64,000 nucleotides of DNA from Vicugna vicugna (lineage: Eukaryota): contig MU057887.1 of the NCBI GenBank assembly GCA_013265495.1, forward strand, positions 3,073,576 through 3,137,575, written 5' to 3'. The notes under the pieces were generated by a model that was not told the DNA's origin, did no database searches, and was given only the letters and a program-made list of their open reading frames with translations. The translations under genes were made by a program, and so were the position numbers. Positions 1 through 12,389 of the stretch are shown piece after piece (position 1 is the first letter of the stretch; every line of letters begins with the position of its first letter).

Positions 1-1168
1 CTTCCCTGAAGCCCTGTCCTCTCACCACACCAACTGTCCACCCTCCAGACCACACAAAGGGGCAGCTTCTTGACCTGAATTCCATGAGGATGCATTTCTC
101 AGTGGTGTCCATGCACACACACAAGTGCACACACACACACACACACATAGATCGCATCTCCTTTAACAGGGACTTCAGCCCAGAGAAGGCACCGTGGGCA
201 GAGCGCTACACGGGCATTTGTGATTTCTCTCCAGGACCCACCTGGGCCATCAGCTTCTCCACCGTTTGCTTGGATGGCACCCAACCCACCCAGAACACAA
301 CCATCTGGACCCTCTTCTTGCGGACGCTGGATGCCAAGAGCCACGTGTCCCCACAAGAGGAGGCAGGAGTCGGGAGCTGGAGCCGCCTTTGCTCCGGGCC
401 CTGGCACCATCTGGGAGCCACGAGCCACATTTGCTCTGTGGAGGGAATCGGCTTCCAGAACTTCCTCTCCGGGACCAGGCGGGTGCAGACCTGGCCATGT
501 CGCTGCAGCCGGGAGGCTCTTGGCAGCCATGACGAGGCTAATTAGCAGAAGACAGCCACGTCCTGGGACCAAGCGCACCGCCTCCAGGGCAGAGAAATCA
601 AAAGACAGATTTGTTTATTTATTTATTATTTTTCTGGCTTCGGCTCTTGCCTGCCGAACTTGGCTGTTGGAGGCATTTCTTTAAAAAATAAATTCTATTC
701 TATTCTTGGATTTTAAGCAACTTGAAATTTCATTTTAACACTTATCATTCACTTGTCATTGACTCGTCCTTTCCCTGGTTGCTGGCTGCTGTTGGATGTC
801 GGGGTTGTGGGTCTTAACGTCACGCAGGGTGGCAGCTGGGTGAGGGGCTGCAGAGAGATGGGCATGGACCCAGCGCCCCCTGGGTCCCCCAGTGAGCTTT
901 CCTGGGCCGGGAGCATGGGAGAAAATGGGGGTGGGGGTTCTACAAAGTCTGAGAGACTCACAGGGGGTCTGTGGACCTGAAAGGGCCGGGAGGAGGGGGC
1001 CCCTGGGCTGCAGGGAGGTTAGCCCTGCTCACTCGTTTGTCTGTCATTCCTCCACCATCCTGCAGACGTTCCTGAGGAACAGCTAAGCGCAAGCACCCTT
1101 CCAGGTTCCAGGCGGACCAAACCCGGGTCTGAGACCCCGTCCTGGTGCCAGACAGAGGCCCCAGGGGA

Positions 1169-1615
1169 TGTTGCAGGAAAAACTGTGTCACAGCTCAGTT
1201 TGTGACAGCAACCTGGATCCGGGCGAGAGACCAGGCAGCACTCAGAGGGTGGAGAACTCAGGTTTACTTGCCAGCAGGCCTGGAGGAGTTAACACTCCAA
1301 GCTCTGGACCCGTCTGTAGGTTTGCACAGGCTTTTATGGGCTGCCAGGCTGCACTCTGCAACATCCTATGCAAATGAAGTGTAACGAAGTTGACTAATTA
1401 GGAACAAGCTTTGTAGAAATGCACCAATCAGGAGGGAGAGAAATAACCAATCAGGAGTGAGCTCAGGGAACCAATACAATTTTAGGTGTAAGTAAGCTGT
1501 TTCAGAGGCAAAAAGTGAGATAGAGCTTCCAGGTCCGGGAACCGGGTGGCGCTGGCAGGAGAGCAGCGGCCCTGCTGGGGGTCCTGCCGGTCTTTTGATG
1601 GGGCGTCCCGCCTCA
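1169..1615 (-). mobile_element. Solo LTR, ERV1-like family (copy A)
   Basis: Reverse complement of copies at 11896 and 46776. Termini TG...CA, 4-bp TSD GGGA (1165-1168 and 1616-1619), three CCAAT boxes, octamer ATGCAAAT; TATA and polyA signals are degenerate. Confidence 0.92.
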
Positions 1616-3029
1616 GGGAGAGTGAAGACCGGGGCGTCTGGGGCAGAGCTGGGCACGGGCGGAGAAGCCGGGGAGCACCTGCACCGTGTGTGGCTCCCAT
1701 GGACCCTGAGGGGCGGCGGGGGCTCCTCCAGCCTCTGCACTGCCAGGCCCACCCCCCCGGATCAAGCCTGATGAGGGAAACTCCCGCCTTTTCTATGTTT
1801 CCGCAAACGTGGGAAAGGACCGCGTTAGCTCCCGGGCTAAGGACGGGCCGGGGGGAGCTGCTGGCCCCTCAGCCCAGTTCTGCTGCGCAGAATGAGGGCC
1901 CCGAGCAGAGCTCTGAGAAGGAGACAACAGGGTGCTCAGGAGAGCGGGGAGGCCACAGGCGGCCCCTTGGAGCCCCCGCGTGCAGCCCAGCCGCGCAGAG
2001 CTGGCCGGTGGGCGCACAAGGGCCGGGGACACCGCACAGCCTCAGACATCGCCCAGCGGTTGGTGGTCCCCGGGGAGGTTTGGTCGGGGGCGGGGGGGAA
2101 GGAGCCGACTCTGAGCAGCGCTTGGGGAAACAGCTCTGGGCGGGCGCTGGAGGGCACGGCCCCCGTGTCCCGCCGTGGGAGCCGGCAGGCCCCTCGGCCT
2201 CCAGGACACAGCGCGTGCCCGCTCCCCTCCTCCCAGGCCTGCCCGCGGAGCGGTCAGAGGCTCAGGACGGTGGGGACCTGCAACACCTGAGACTGATGTT
2301 TCTACCTTGAAGTTACACCAGCGTCTACGCTGAGAACCTGCTGCCTCCCGCTAACCCGCGGGTGGGAGGCCTCGCCCAGGAGTACGTCCCACAGCGTCAG
2401 GGCCCTGCGCTTCCCGAACAGAAGAGGGTCAGGGAGAGCCCGCCCAGAACACGCGGCGGCTCGGCGAGAGAGCAGGAGGCAGCCGCCCATCGGCCGCGCC
2501 CACGGCCCCTCTTGCACACAGCAGGGCAGCTGCGCCCCCGGTATTTCGTCTGCCTTTCCAGGCCCGGAAGGGGAGGGGCCCGGGAAGCGCTGACCAGTCC
2601 GCGCCCTCTACAGGTTCTCTCTGAGAAGGCAGAGGCTCCGCTGCATCTCTGCAGCCAGCCTGGGGTCCCGTGGCCCCCAGCTATGAGGGGAGTGGGGCTT
2701 TTTCTCCCCTTTTCTTTACTTTGTGTGTGCGTTTGGAGGGAGATGTATTAAAAAGAGAACACGAGGCTAGCCGGCCCTATGGTGCTCCTCTAAGAGAAAA
2801 GCCCTGCCCGCCCCCGAAGGCCCTGAGAAGGAGAATCGCAGGTTTCGCCCAAATTACTCAACACTTGGGTGGGCTCAGCCTCCGCCTGCATCCTCTGCCG
2901 CTGACCTTCCCACGTGGCTCCAGCCCGGGCCCTCCCGCGCCCCAAATGCCGCCACCCAGGCGGAACCACGACCCCGGCGACCAGACGTGTGGCCCCTGCG
3001 CTGACACCGGCCCGTGTGCACAGGCAAAG

Positions 3030-3310
3030 CCCTGATTCCACATTGCCCGACGCTTGCTGCTTGATTGACTGTAGTGTTTATGGTCATGGTCTCTGAAGTT
3101 TTTTTAAGATAAAGAGGACAGAGTGCAGGGCAGCGAGAGGCAGTTGACAGTAAGTGCTTATTATGTAATTATGGGCGCATTAATATGCATATTTTCTCTG
3201 CAGTTGGTAGCGCCTAAATACATAATTTTTGAATATTTAAGAAGTGTGTTATCTCCAGAGCCTTCTGTCTGCTGAAAAGTAGGAAACGTTCTCCCATGGA
3301 AAGTGGCTAA
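3030..3310. promoter_or_regulatory. Candidate conserved enhancer-like AT-rich island
   Basis: Non-repeat AT-rich island with TGATTGAC, TTTATGG, TGACAG, TAATTA and ATTAATATGCAT motifs. Confidence 0.5.
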
Positions 3311-5447
3311 GTCCCTCTTGCTACAGAGGGGCCTGCGGGTGACAAAAGTCTCCAGACGGTGGGAAGGGGCCGTGGGGACCCGGCTGAAGGGCAGAAGCTG
3401 TTGTCACTGAAGGTGCTTTTCAGGGGCAAGTGCGCCTCCCAGTTCTGCAGCTTGAACGGGAATGATGTAAACAGAGCGGGGGGCAGTGCCCTGGATGAGG
3501 TTCTGGAGCAAAGAGGAGCAGGAAGGACGGAGCAGCCGTGGGCGGGAACAGCAGGTGAGGGAATCAGGACACCAGGACTGGGCTGGACTCTGCGGATGCC
3601 CATGTGCTGCCTGGGGGGAGAGAGCAACGCGGGGAGAGATGGAGAGGCATCACCCACGTGCACACGCGCACACAGAGGCACAGAGGCACACGTGCACACA
3701 CACAGAGGCACATGCAGCAAGATTTTAGGATTTCAGGAAGATGCAGACCAGGACAGGCCTTTTCTCGTCTTCCCTCTCCCTGGGAACAGTCTTCACGACC
3801 CCCGGCATCTGCCCAGAGGACATCCCTGACTCTGCAGCACCTCGGCTCCCCTCTCCGTGACCCCTAACACTTCACTGTCACGGCTCTTGAGACCCAGTGG
3901 CCCTGTGCCTTCCAGGTGAGCTGGTGTGGCTGCCTGCTGGGCAGGGCGCCATGGTCCGAGCGTCCTGCCCGCACACCTGGCACAGGTGCCGAGCACCATG
4001 TAGGCTCCCGGGGGACCAGTGGACAGGAACAGCACCTGCTGGGAGGGGTGAGATGGCAGGACTGTCCCCCTAATCATGGCCAACTGGGCCAGGCCTGTCT
4101 CCTGCCTCCCAGGCAGTGCCACCACAGATTCCAGGCTCTGCTCAGATTCGGGGTTCACCCTGCCCTCTGTGTGTGCAGGGAAAGGGCCCAGGAAGGCAGA
4201 GGACTGTGGGAGATGCCAAGGCGGCTGCCGGCAGGGTGGGTGGCCAAGGTCTCCCGAGTCCCCTTGCAAATGGGCCAGGCCTCTCCTCTGTAGAGCACAG
4301 GGCGCCCCAGGTGGCAGGCCTGGCAAAACCCCCTCCCTCTGCCCGTCTGGGGGTCTCCTGGGCTCAGGCACCTCTTTTTGCCCCAGTAGAGATGTCGGGG
4401 GACATGGCGTGAACTGCCTAAACCTCTAGGGCCAAGCAGGCGCTGTGGGCAGGTGCACCGCGGCCAGCGATCCGTGAGCAAGACCCAGGGGGTGGGGTGT
4501 GCGAGGACCAAGGCTCCTGGTGTTTCCATGCCGAGGCGTCCACGGTGAGGACAAACCCCTCCATCCCAGAAAGCCTGCAGTGTCAAGTGGGGACCACTGT
4601 GAACTGTGAATGGGGCTTCCACTCTTCAGAGCTCGCCTCTCTTCCACCTTGGATGTCCCCCGTTGGCCACCTCCCCGAGGGGACTCCTGCAGAGCAAATG
4701 TCTGATTTGAGCTCAGGGGACACGTGGAGTCCGCTACTTTTCCACACGCTGCGGGCCCTCGATCCTCTGCTGAATGCCCAGGGCCAGCTGCATCCCCTCC
4801 CAGGCCCCCAGGACTCCTGCCACTTGGAAAGCCAAGCCCCCCACCACCATCCCTGAGCTCCCTGACCCTCAGGGGACAGAGTGAAGGTGTGATCTCACCT
4901 CCTGTCTGCGCCCACTCCAGGAGGGACAGCCCTGCCCTCCTTGGCGACCTCCGCTGGTTCCTGCATTTAAGATGTGGGCTTCCCATGGCCACATGTCCTC
5001 CGGAAACTTCTCAGCACCTGCGGATCCCTCCCCCTCTCCTGGCTGTGACCCTGAGGACCCTGGAGACCACGGGGACAGTGTGGCCTCGGCTGAGACTCCG
5101 ACCTCCCCAGCTGGTTCCCCCAGCGCCAGGGACCCCTGGGTCCAGGTCACCACCTGGATTCCTGCACCCAGCGCCCCTCCCTCGGCTTCTGAAGACCAGG
5201 GCCTCTTGCCTTTCTGGGCTCAGGGGGCCCCTGGCCTTCGGGAAGCCCAGCTTGGCTCCTGTTCCCGAGGAAAGGAGAAGGGAGGGTCCGTCCTCGTACG
5301 TCCGGCCACCAGCGTCCAGCTCTGCGGTGAGGGCCGCGTGCTCTGAGCCTGAGCCCCGCGCAGGGAGGGGCGGCCCCGCGCCCCGGGGTGCAGCTAGGGC
5401 CCCTCAGACTTGCTGGCACCTGGCCATCCTTTTCTCGACAGTTTTTA

Positions 5448-5682
5448 ATTTTTTATTTTTTTAAATTTATGTATATATTTTTGTTGACATGTAGTCAGTT
5501 TACAATGCTGTGTCAATTTCTGGTGTCCAGCACAACGCTTCAGTCATACAGGGACATACGAATATTCTTTTAAAATGTAAGTTACTGTAACATATTGAAT
5601 AGTTCCCTGCGCTGTACAGTAGAAGCATGTAGCCTACATTTTATATATAGTAGCTAGTATCTGCAAATCTCAAAATCCCAGC
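5448..5682 (-). mobile_element. 5'-truncated LINE-1 3' end (artiodactyl/camelid type)
   Basis: T-rich tail followed by GTAGTCAGTTTACAATGCTGTGTCAATTTCTGGTGT..., homologous to the copies at 23974 and 59905; flanked by ACAGTTTTTA at 5438-5447 and 5683-5692. Confidence 0.85.
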
Positions 5683-5692
5683 ACAGTTTTTA

Positions 5693-5818
5693 TCTTTAAC
5701 TTCTGTGTGGGGGAGGTAGTTGGGCATACTCATTAATTTTCGTGATGGAGGTGCTGGGCACTGGCCCAGGACCCTGTGGACGCTGGGCCGGCGCTCCACC
5801 ACTGAGCCGCCCTCCCCC
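5693..5818 (-). mobile_element. tRNA-derived SINE, Vic-1-like (camelid)
   Basis: Minus strand reads GGGGGAGGGCGGCTCAGTGGTGGAGCG...GTCCTGGGCCAGTGCCCAGCACCTCC...CAACTACCTCCCCC plus an A-rich tail; A-box-like and decayed B-box-like segments are visible. Confidence 0.75.
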
Positions 5819-7896
5819 TTCTCAGCAGTTCTCACAGAAGGAAAGACGGAATCCTCTAAGGGGCCGGCTGGCGCAGCACAAGCTCTGAGCGGCCAGGGCC
5901 GCGTGTGGGTGGGGCTCCCCGTCCACCCCATGGCTGCCCGGCGCTGGGGTGGGGCTGCCCCCGGTGTTTGTTGAATCAGTGAATGCTCATGCAGGGAACA
6001 GACAAACATCGAAAAGCGGAGGGAACGCGTGGATTTCAGATTCTCCCACTGTGCCTGCCGAATCGGGCACGGTCACGTCGGGACTGTTGCCCCCGAGGGG
6101 GCGAGACGCCTCTCCTGCGTCCCCGCCGCCGCCAAGCAGTCCCGGGCTGCCACGTCCTCACCTTGATGTCGCTGGGACCCGGGAGCCATCCCTGCGAGCT
6201 GAATACCAAGGTCGGTATTTTTAGATGCAATTCTTTAATTTTTGAAAACCCTCCAAAGAGATTTTAGTGATGGGTACATAGTTGATAAATACACATAAAC
6301 TGAAGAGCTATAAAAAGAACTCTTTTAAGAACTCTCTGTTCTCTTTTCCATTTCCTGGAAGCTCATTAGCATATGTGGAGAGAGGCGGACTCCCGCCCTG
6401 GCGTCTGGGAGCGGGAAGCTGACCCCAGGCCGACAGCCCTTCCTGGATGCCATGGCCCCGGGGCTGGAGAAGGTCGTGCTGAGTCCAGTGGCGTGGGGTG
6501 TGCCCAAGGCTCTCCCAAGGCCCAGCCTGCTCTGCGTCCTGGTCAGAGGCCCTGGACAGCGGACCCTTGAACAGGCTTGGAGACGCCGAGCCCCCGCGGG
6601 GAGGGCCGGGTGAACAGCAGTTTTCTGGAGGCTCAGGAAGTCTTGGCCCGTCCCTTAGATGCAGGCGGCACTGTGCACAGGCGGGATGCTCGGCCCTGCC
6701 GCCGGACAGGTGCCTGGAGGATCTGCCTCGGGGAGCACACAGGCCAGCGGCCCAGCCCACGGGCCACAGCAGCACCGAGAGTGAGGAGAGCGGAGACAGA
6801 GAACACAGAGCGCGGCTGGGGGCCCGGTCAGCGTCCTGAACCTTGCGCCTGAGAGCAGAGGCCCAGCCACACGCAGAATGGGAACCGGAGGCCTGATAGT
6901 GGGAACCACAGCAGGTGCCAGTGTCCTGAGGTGAGAGGCACGTGCAGTGCTTGGGAGGCCCCAGGAGGGCTGCCTGGGTGCACGACCGGGGCCGGGGAGT
7001 CCAGAGGGCAGCGGGGAGCCACTGATGAAGGGGACCCGGAACTGCGTGTCCCCAGGCGGTGGCCTTCAGGGTGGGCCTGGGCGGGTGCTCGGGGCGCTGC
7101 GCGCATGGCCGGAGTGGGGTTCGCTTCCCCTGCCCCGGTGCCCGGGGACGCGGGTGCGCGTTCTGGAGAACACGGCTGCACCAGCCGCCACGAGCCTCCG
7201 GACAGACAGGGGCCAGCGTGGGCATTTCTGGGCGAGGGAGGATTTCCCACGGCCTCAGTGGAAGCGTGAGACGGACCCCGCTGTCTCCTGCCTGAAGCTG
7301 TAAGTGGTTTCGGGCAACTTCCCTGAAAACCTCACAGCTGTTTCAGTTGCCACATCTCCAGCTTTTGAACATTGTCGCCGGCCCGACAGGCTCGCCGAAG
7401 CATCCAAGCCCTGCCCGTCTCACTGTCTCCAAAACCCCCGGCGGCCCGGCGCCCGGAGGCCTCCTGGGGACCGTGCGAGGCTCAGGGAGCGCCTGCTGCC
7501 CCTGTCTCTGTGTCCCTTTGACTCCATGTGAGACAGCCTCCCCTCGCCCGCAGTGACGGCACGTGTCGCGTGCAGCGCCCTTTTGGAAACGGCCGGCGTC
7601 TCTGGATACACGCGTCTGTCTCGGTGTCTCCCGGTCCTCGAACCCCCTCACTCGACCTCCCTGTTCTCACTGCTGTGTGGCTCCCGCCTCTGCCCCTCGG
7701 GGTTTCTAAATCCTTTCTTCCCCCAACTTTTGTGCTGCTGTGGGCTCGGCAAGCCTCCCGTTTCACCGTGTACCTAACTCAGCCGCGTTCACCCACACTT
7801 GGACCTGGTTCAGTTCAAGGTTCTAGACGTGCAAGTGTCACTGGTTTATCAGGGGGTTAAGAAGCTGAAGTTGGGTGTGTTGACGATGCCAAACAG

Positions 7897-8065
7897 CCCC
7901 GTGGTCCTCCACCTCCCCATGGTCTCCCGCCTCCCCGTGGTCCCTGCCTCCCCGTGGTCCTCCCACCTCCCCGTGGTCCCCCGCCTCCCCATGGTCCCCG
8001 CTTCCCTGTGGTCCCCACCTCCCCGTGGCCCCCGCCTCCCTGTGGCCCTCCGCCTCCCTGTCGCC
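7897..8065. repeat. GC-rich minisatellite, about 9.5 units of 17-19 bp (CCCCGTGGTCCYCRCCT)
   Basis: Tandem units counted directly in the sequence. Confidence 0.92.
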
Positions 8066-8699
8066 TGCACCTCCCACAGGCAGACGCTGTGCTTCGCCCC
8101 GTGGCTCCCCTGTTTGCAGCGGCTCCTTGGCAGACCTCCTGATCCATGTCAGCAGCTGAGAGGGGTCTCCGGGAATGTGGGGCCACCAGACAGCACACAG
8201 TGAGGACACGCCTGGGGGCCAGGGGCTCCGAGCCAGGCAGATTACATGACTGCAGGTGAGTTTCCAGGAAACCCAGGTCATAAGACAGATTTGAAACTGG
8301 ACTGAGTGGAGTCACACAGCAGGGCACACGTGTGCACACTCACCCACGAGTCATCCGGCATCCACCGAGCGCCAGGCACTGTCCCAGGTCCTGGGGCCTG
8401 AGCAACGGGCAACAGCCCCCAACAGTGTCCCCTTCCTGTGGGCCTCATTCCAGAGGGGAGGCAGGTGGGGACCGCTGAACCACCACAGCAAACACATGCA
8501 CGCACACACACGCGTCTACACGCGCACACACACATGTGCACACACACACGGGATGAAGCATGAACTGGGGAGGAGTCCGGTTCTGGTCTCAACCTGGGCG
8601 CCAGCCTCGTCTCCCCAGCCGCACTGGGCAGGGACGGGGACCCTTCTCTGGTGACAGAGGAGCCGGGAAGTCTCTATTTAGTATATAAGCAGTGTTTCT

Positions 8700-9720
8700 T
8701 CTGACCTTTTTAAAAATGAAACATTTCAACTCTAGAGAAAAGTCAATAATACACCAAGCAGCCATTCCCTAACACTCAGATTTAGTCATGTTTGAAATAT
8801 TTGCTTTAAATATTTCCCTAAGAAATCAAACGCGATTGAACCCTCGCCCCGAATCCCGTCCGCCTCCGGGCCCTCGGCCTGGAGCCGGGAGAGCCCCAGA
8901 GCGAGCGCGGCCGCACACCCCACTTCCCTGTGCTCAGGTTTTCGTATGTATCCGCGAGGTGGGCTTAGGTTCCTGTGTTTTGCAAACCAGATAAATAGTT
9001 TCATTTGTACATTTCACCGTACACGTTGCTTTAAGAAAGAAATCCAGCCTGCGTCTGAGCTGTCGAAGCTGCTACACTCGTCCTCCGTGCATCTTAGCTG
9101 CGTAACGTCCCACCCGAGGAGCAACTGCGTTCAGGCAGGTTTGTTCGCCCTTGACAGCCGGCCCCGTGGGACCCTCCTTCCTGCGCTGCTTCACCCCGTG
9201 AGGAGACGCCATCACCGTCCCCCACGGGGCTGGCGCTGGCTTCTGCTGCTCCCCTGGGGTCCCCGCGACCCCCGGCTCCTGGGGCCTCTCACCGGAGACC
9301 TGCCCTCCGCTCACCCTGGGCTGCAATGCGGCATTTTTGGAGTTTTGATTTCCTTGATGAACAGAGAACGCGTCCTGTGCTAGGTTGCCAAGTCCCCTTC
9401 TCTGGGACGACCCACCCTGTCCTCCACCCAGGGGCCCGCTGAGACGACTGGGTTTTGCTTCCTAACTTACAGGAACCCTCTGCGTGTTTCAGATACACTT
9501 TCTCAGGTGTCAGCGCACTGCAGGCACCTCTCCGTCTGTGGTTTGAATTTCCCCTTCCCGGGGGCTGTGGTAGGCAGTGCAAGAGTCTTCCTTTCAAGGT
9601 CATTTAAAAAATTTTTGTTTCTGATTGTGCATAAGAGAACTTCCTGAGTTATTAGGTCATGAAGACGGCCTCTGATTTCTTCCGGTTTGTGAGACTTCAC
9701 TTCCCGCGCCTAGAGGCCCC
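8700..9720 (-). mobile_element. Old LINE-1 (L1M/L1ME-like) 3' fragment, highly diverged
   Basis: Begins TTTTTAAAAATGAAACATTTCAAC..., with patchy similarity to the antisense L1 3' UTR and ORF2 end. Confidence 0.5.
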
Positions 9721-10199
9721 GTCCCCGAGTCTGCGGGGGAGGCCCCGCGCGGCTCTTGGCTGCCCCCCGCCCAGGTCTGCCGTGCAGCTGGGCTTCCTGC
9801 CCCGTGGCCGCCCGGGCTCCAGGGGCCGAGCCAGCTAGGTCGGGGCCACGCAGCAGGGACCAGCCGTGCCTGGTCTCTGGAGCAGCTCGGAAGCAAAGGG
9901 CCCCACTCCCGTCACCTCCTTGGTTTACACAGAGCGCCAGGCCCGTCAAGGGCGCACGGCGACTCACCCCAAGGTGAGCAGTCAAGGACGTGGCGCCTGT
10001 GTGTCAAACGCCCACGAGGGCTTGCTCTTGGTGGTCATCTCTTCTGCTTCTCTTCCTTCGTTCCAGCAGTTTTGTGACATCTCCAGGCTGCCCCTGGCGG
10101 AGCAGACCCGGGGCCTTCTGTGTGGGTCTGGCTCCTCCGAGACTTTGAGACAGGAGGGAAGGGGCAGGGCACAGCCGTCAGCACAAGATGGCGGGAGCT

Positions 10200-10550
10200 G
10201 ACCCCCAGGCGACTGTGACCTTCCTGGTCTGCTCCCGGTGGTGTATCAGCATGTGAATGGCGCTCCCACAGGCGCCCTGACGGCTCTGAGGCTGACCCTG
10301 AAAGGGCAGGGTGGGCGCGGCCTGGGGTCCCCGGCCCTTCCCCAGAGTGGTGGGAACCATCCTCCCACTCGTCACCACATGAAGTCACAGAGCCCCTAGA
10401 CACTGTCACCCCCGCGCCTCCCTGCCGACTGAGACGCCTGCGCTCAGTCCACGGAGCCTGTGTCTGAATAAACCTGCTTTCACTCCTGTGGCTCCTCTTG
10501 AGCTCTTTCACTCGGCAGGACCCGAGCTGAGCTCTGGGGCGCGGCCCTCT
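10200..10550 (+). mobile_element. Diverged ERV1 LTR fragment (MER41-like)
   Basis: AATAAACCTGCTTTCACT...CTTGAGCTCTTTC resembles the R/U5 region of MER41-group LTRs. Confidence 0.5.
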
Positions 10551-11232
10551 TCTTGCACCCCCACGTTTTCCCGCGTCAGCTCTGCTCTCTGCCCGGCTGC
10601 CCGCAGGCTGGCCTCGCTTCCCGGCCTGAGGAAGTAGCAGGCGCTTCCCTGCACGTGTCGCACACCCAGGCCCCCTCGGGGAGCAGAGTGGTGCCAGCCC
10701 TGGTTGGTTTCCAGGCCGTGGGGGCTGGGGCCACACAGGGCGGCCTGGGCCTGTCCTCCCGCGGGTGGGGAGCCCTCCAGTGCTGCCCCAGCAGCCCGCT
10801 GGCCTCCCTCCCGCCCGGGCCCCCGCAGCTGGCTGGCGGCAGAGCTGAGCCTGGCCACTCCCGCCCCGCCTTCCTGTTGCTCGTTTCTCCTTTAAAACGT
10901 GGCATCGGCCAAAGCCACGTTTCAGGGTGGACCCCAAGACCCCGGACCCTGAGCCCCCACCTGGCTTCCAGGGCGATGATTTCAGCATCCCCCCACTGCT
11001 GTCTCAGAGGGGCTGTGTGGGGCAGAGCCCCTGCTGCGAGGTGGACGAGGGCCCCCGCGGTTGCAGGAAAACGCCTAAGTGGCTGCCCGCAGAGCTGGTT
11101 TTAGAAACATAAACGTGCGCTTGGCCAAGAGAAGAATCTAGGGAAAGCCTTCTCTGAGACGTCTGAGGCTCTGTTCCCGACGCTCCTTCTGACTCACCTC
11201 CGGGCGGGTGGCCCTGACCTGCAGATCAGATT

Positions 11233-11555
11233 CTATTTACAAACCAAAACAGACTCACTGGCGTAGAAAACCAACAACGGTGACCACAGGGGAAGGTGGG
11301 GAGGGACAAGTCGGGGGCTGGGGACTGACAGACACACACGGCTGCATATAAAGCAGGTGAACAGCAAGGACCTACTGCAGCCACGGGGAACTGGATTCAG
11401 TAGCCTGTAATAACCTTTAATGGGAAAGAATCTGAGAAAAGAAATGCAGGTGTGTATCTGTATAACTGGATCACTTTGCTGCACACCTGAAACTAACATT
11501 GGGAATAAACCACACTTCAATAACAAATTTTAAAGAGAAAGAAAAGAAAATCACT
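11233..11555 (+). mobile_element. LINE-1 3' end (artiodactyl type)
   Basis: CTATTTACAAACCAAAACAGACTCAC...CAGCAAGGACCTACTG...ACTTTGCTGCACACCTGAAACTAACA followed by an A-rich tail. Confidence 0.85.
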
Positions 11556-11895
11556 TCATAAAATCAAAACCAAAACCATGAAGCATTCTTTGCCCAGAAC
11601 TATTTTCAAACATTTTACAACATTAAAATCAGGGCAGGTTTACCCATGAGGCCTGGGACCCCAGGACGGGCAGAGGCCACAGACGTGGGTTATAATCTGA
11701 AGGAAAATAATGAACATGTAGATCAAAGAAAACGTCTCTATGTCTCATGTATATTAAATACAGATTTGTCTTCACGTCAGTGCAGGCGTGAGAGAGGCCG
11801 AGGGAGCGGCTGACGGACGTCGGGGGAAGGGCCCACGCGTCCTGTTACACATTTCTACGTTTGGTTGGTTTATCTTTTATTAATGAATTTTGAAT

Positions 11896-12388
11896 TGAGG
11901 TGGGAAGCCCCCAGAAAAACCCAGCAGAGCCCCCACTCTCATGCCGGCACCATCCAGTTCCCTGGCCCAGAGGCCCTATCTCACTTTTTGCCTTTGAAAT
12001 GGCTTACTTACCCCTAAAATTCTATTGGTTCCCTGAGCTCACTTCTGATTGGTTATTTCCCTCACTCCTGATTGGTCCATTCCCCTCACTCCTGATTGGT
12101 TATTTCTCTCACTCCTGATTGGGCTATTCCTACAAAGCTTGTTCCTGGTTGGTCAACTTTTTATACCTTATTTGCATATGATGTTGCAACGTGTAGACTG
12201 GCAGCCTATAAAAGCTTGTGTAACCCTGAGGACGGGGTCCAGAGCTTGGAGTGTTAACTGCCGTGGTCCTGCTAGTGTAATAAACCTGAGTTCTCCAACT
12301 CTGCCAGTGCTGCTGGGTTTCTCGCCCTGATCCAGGTTGCTGTCACAACTGGGCTGTCACACCGAGCTGTAACACATTTTCTGCAACA
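11896..12388 (+). mobile_element. Solo LTR, ERV1-like family (copy B)
   Basis: Starts TGAGG, ends GCAACA; TSD GAAT on both sides; five ATTGG, ATTTGCAT at 12170, TATAAAA at 12207, AATAAA at 12279. Confidence 0.93.
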
Positions 12389-12389
12389 G

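Noticed and set aside
5745..5818. tRNA gene
   Set aside because: It has a decayed tRNA-like head with a SINE body, tail and TSD, so it is a SINE.
12020..12125. Regularly spaced ~23-bp repeats resembling a CRISPR array (also 46935-47085)
   Set aside because: No unique spacers or cas genes; these are tandem CCAAT units within LTRs in mammalian DNA.
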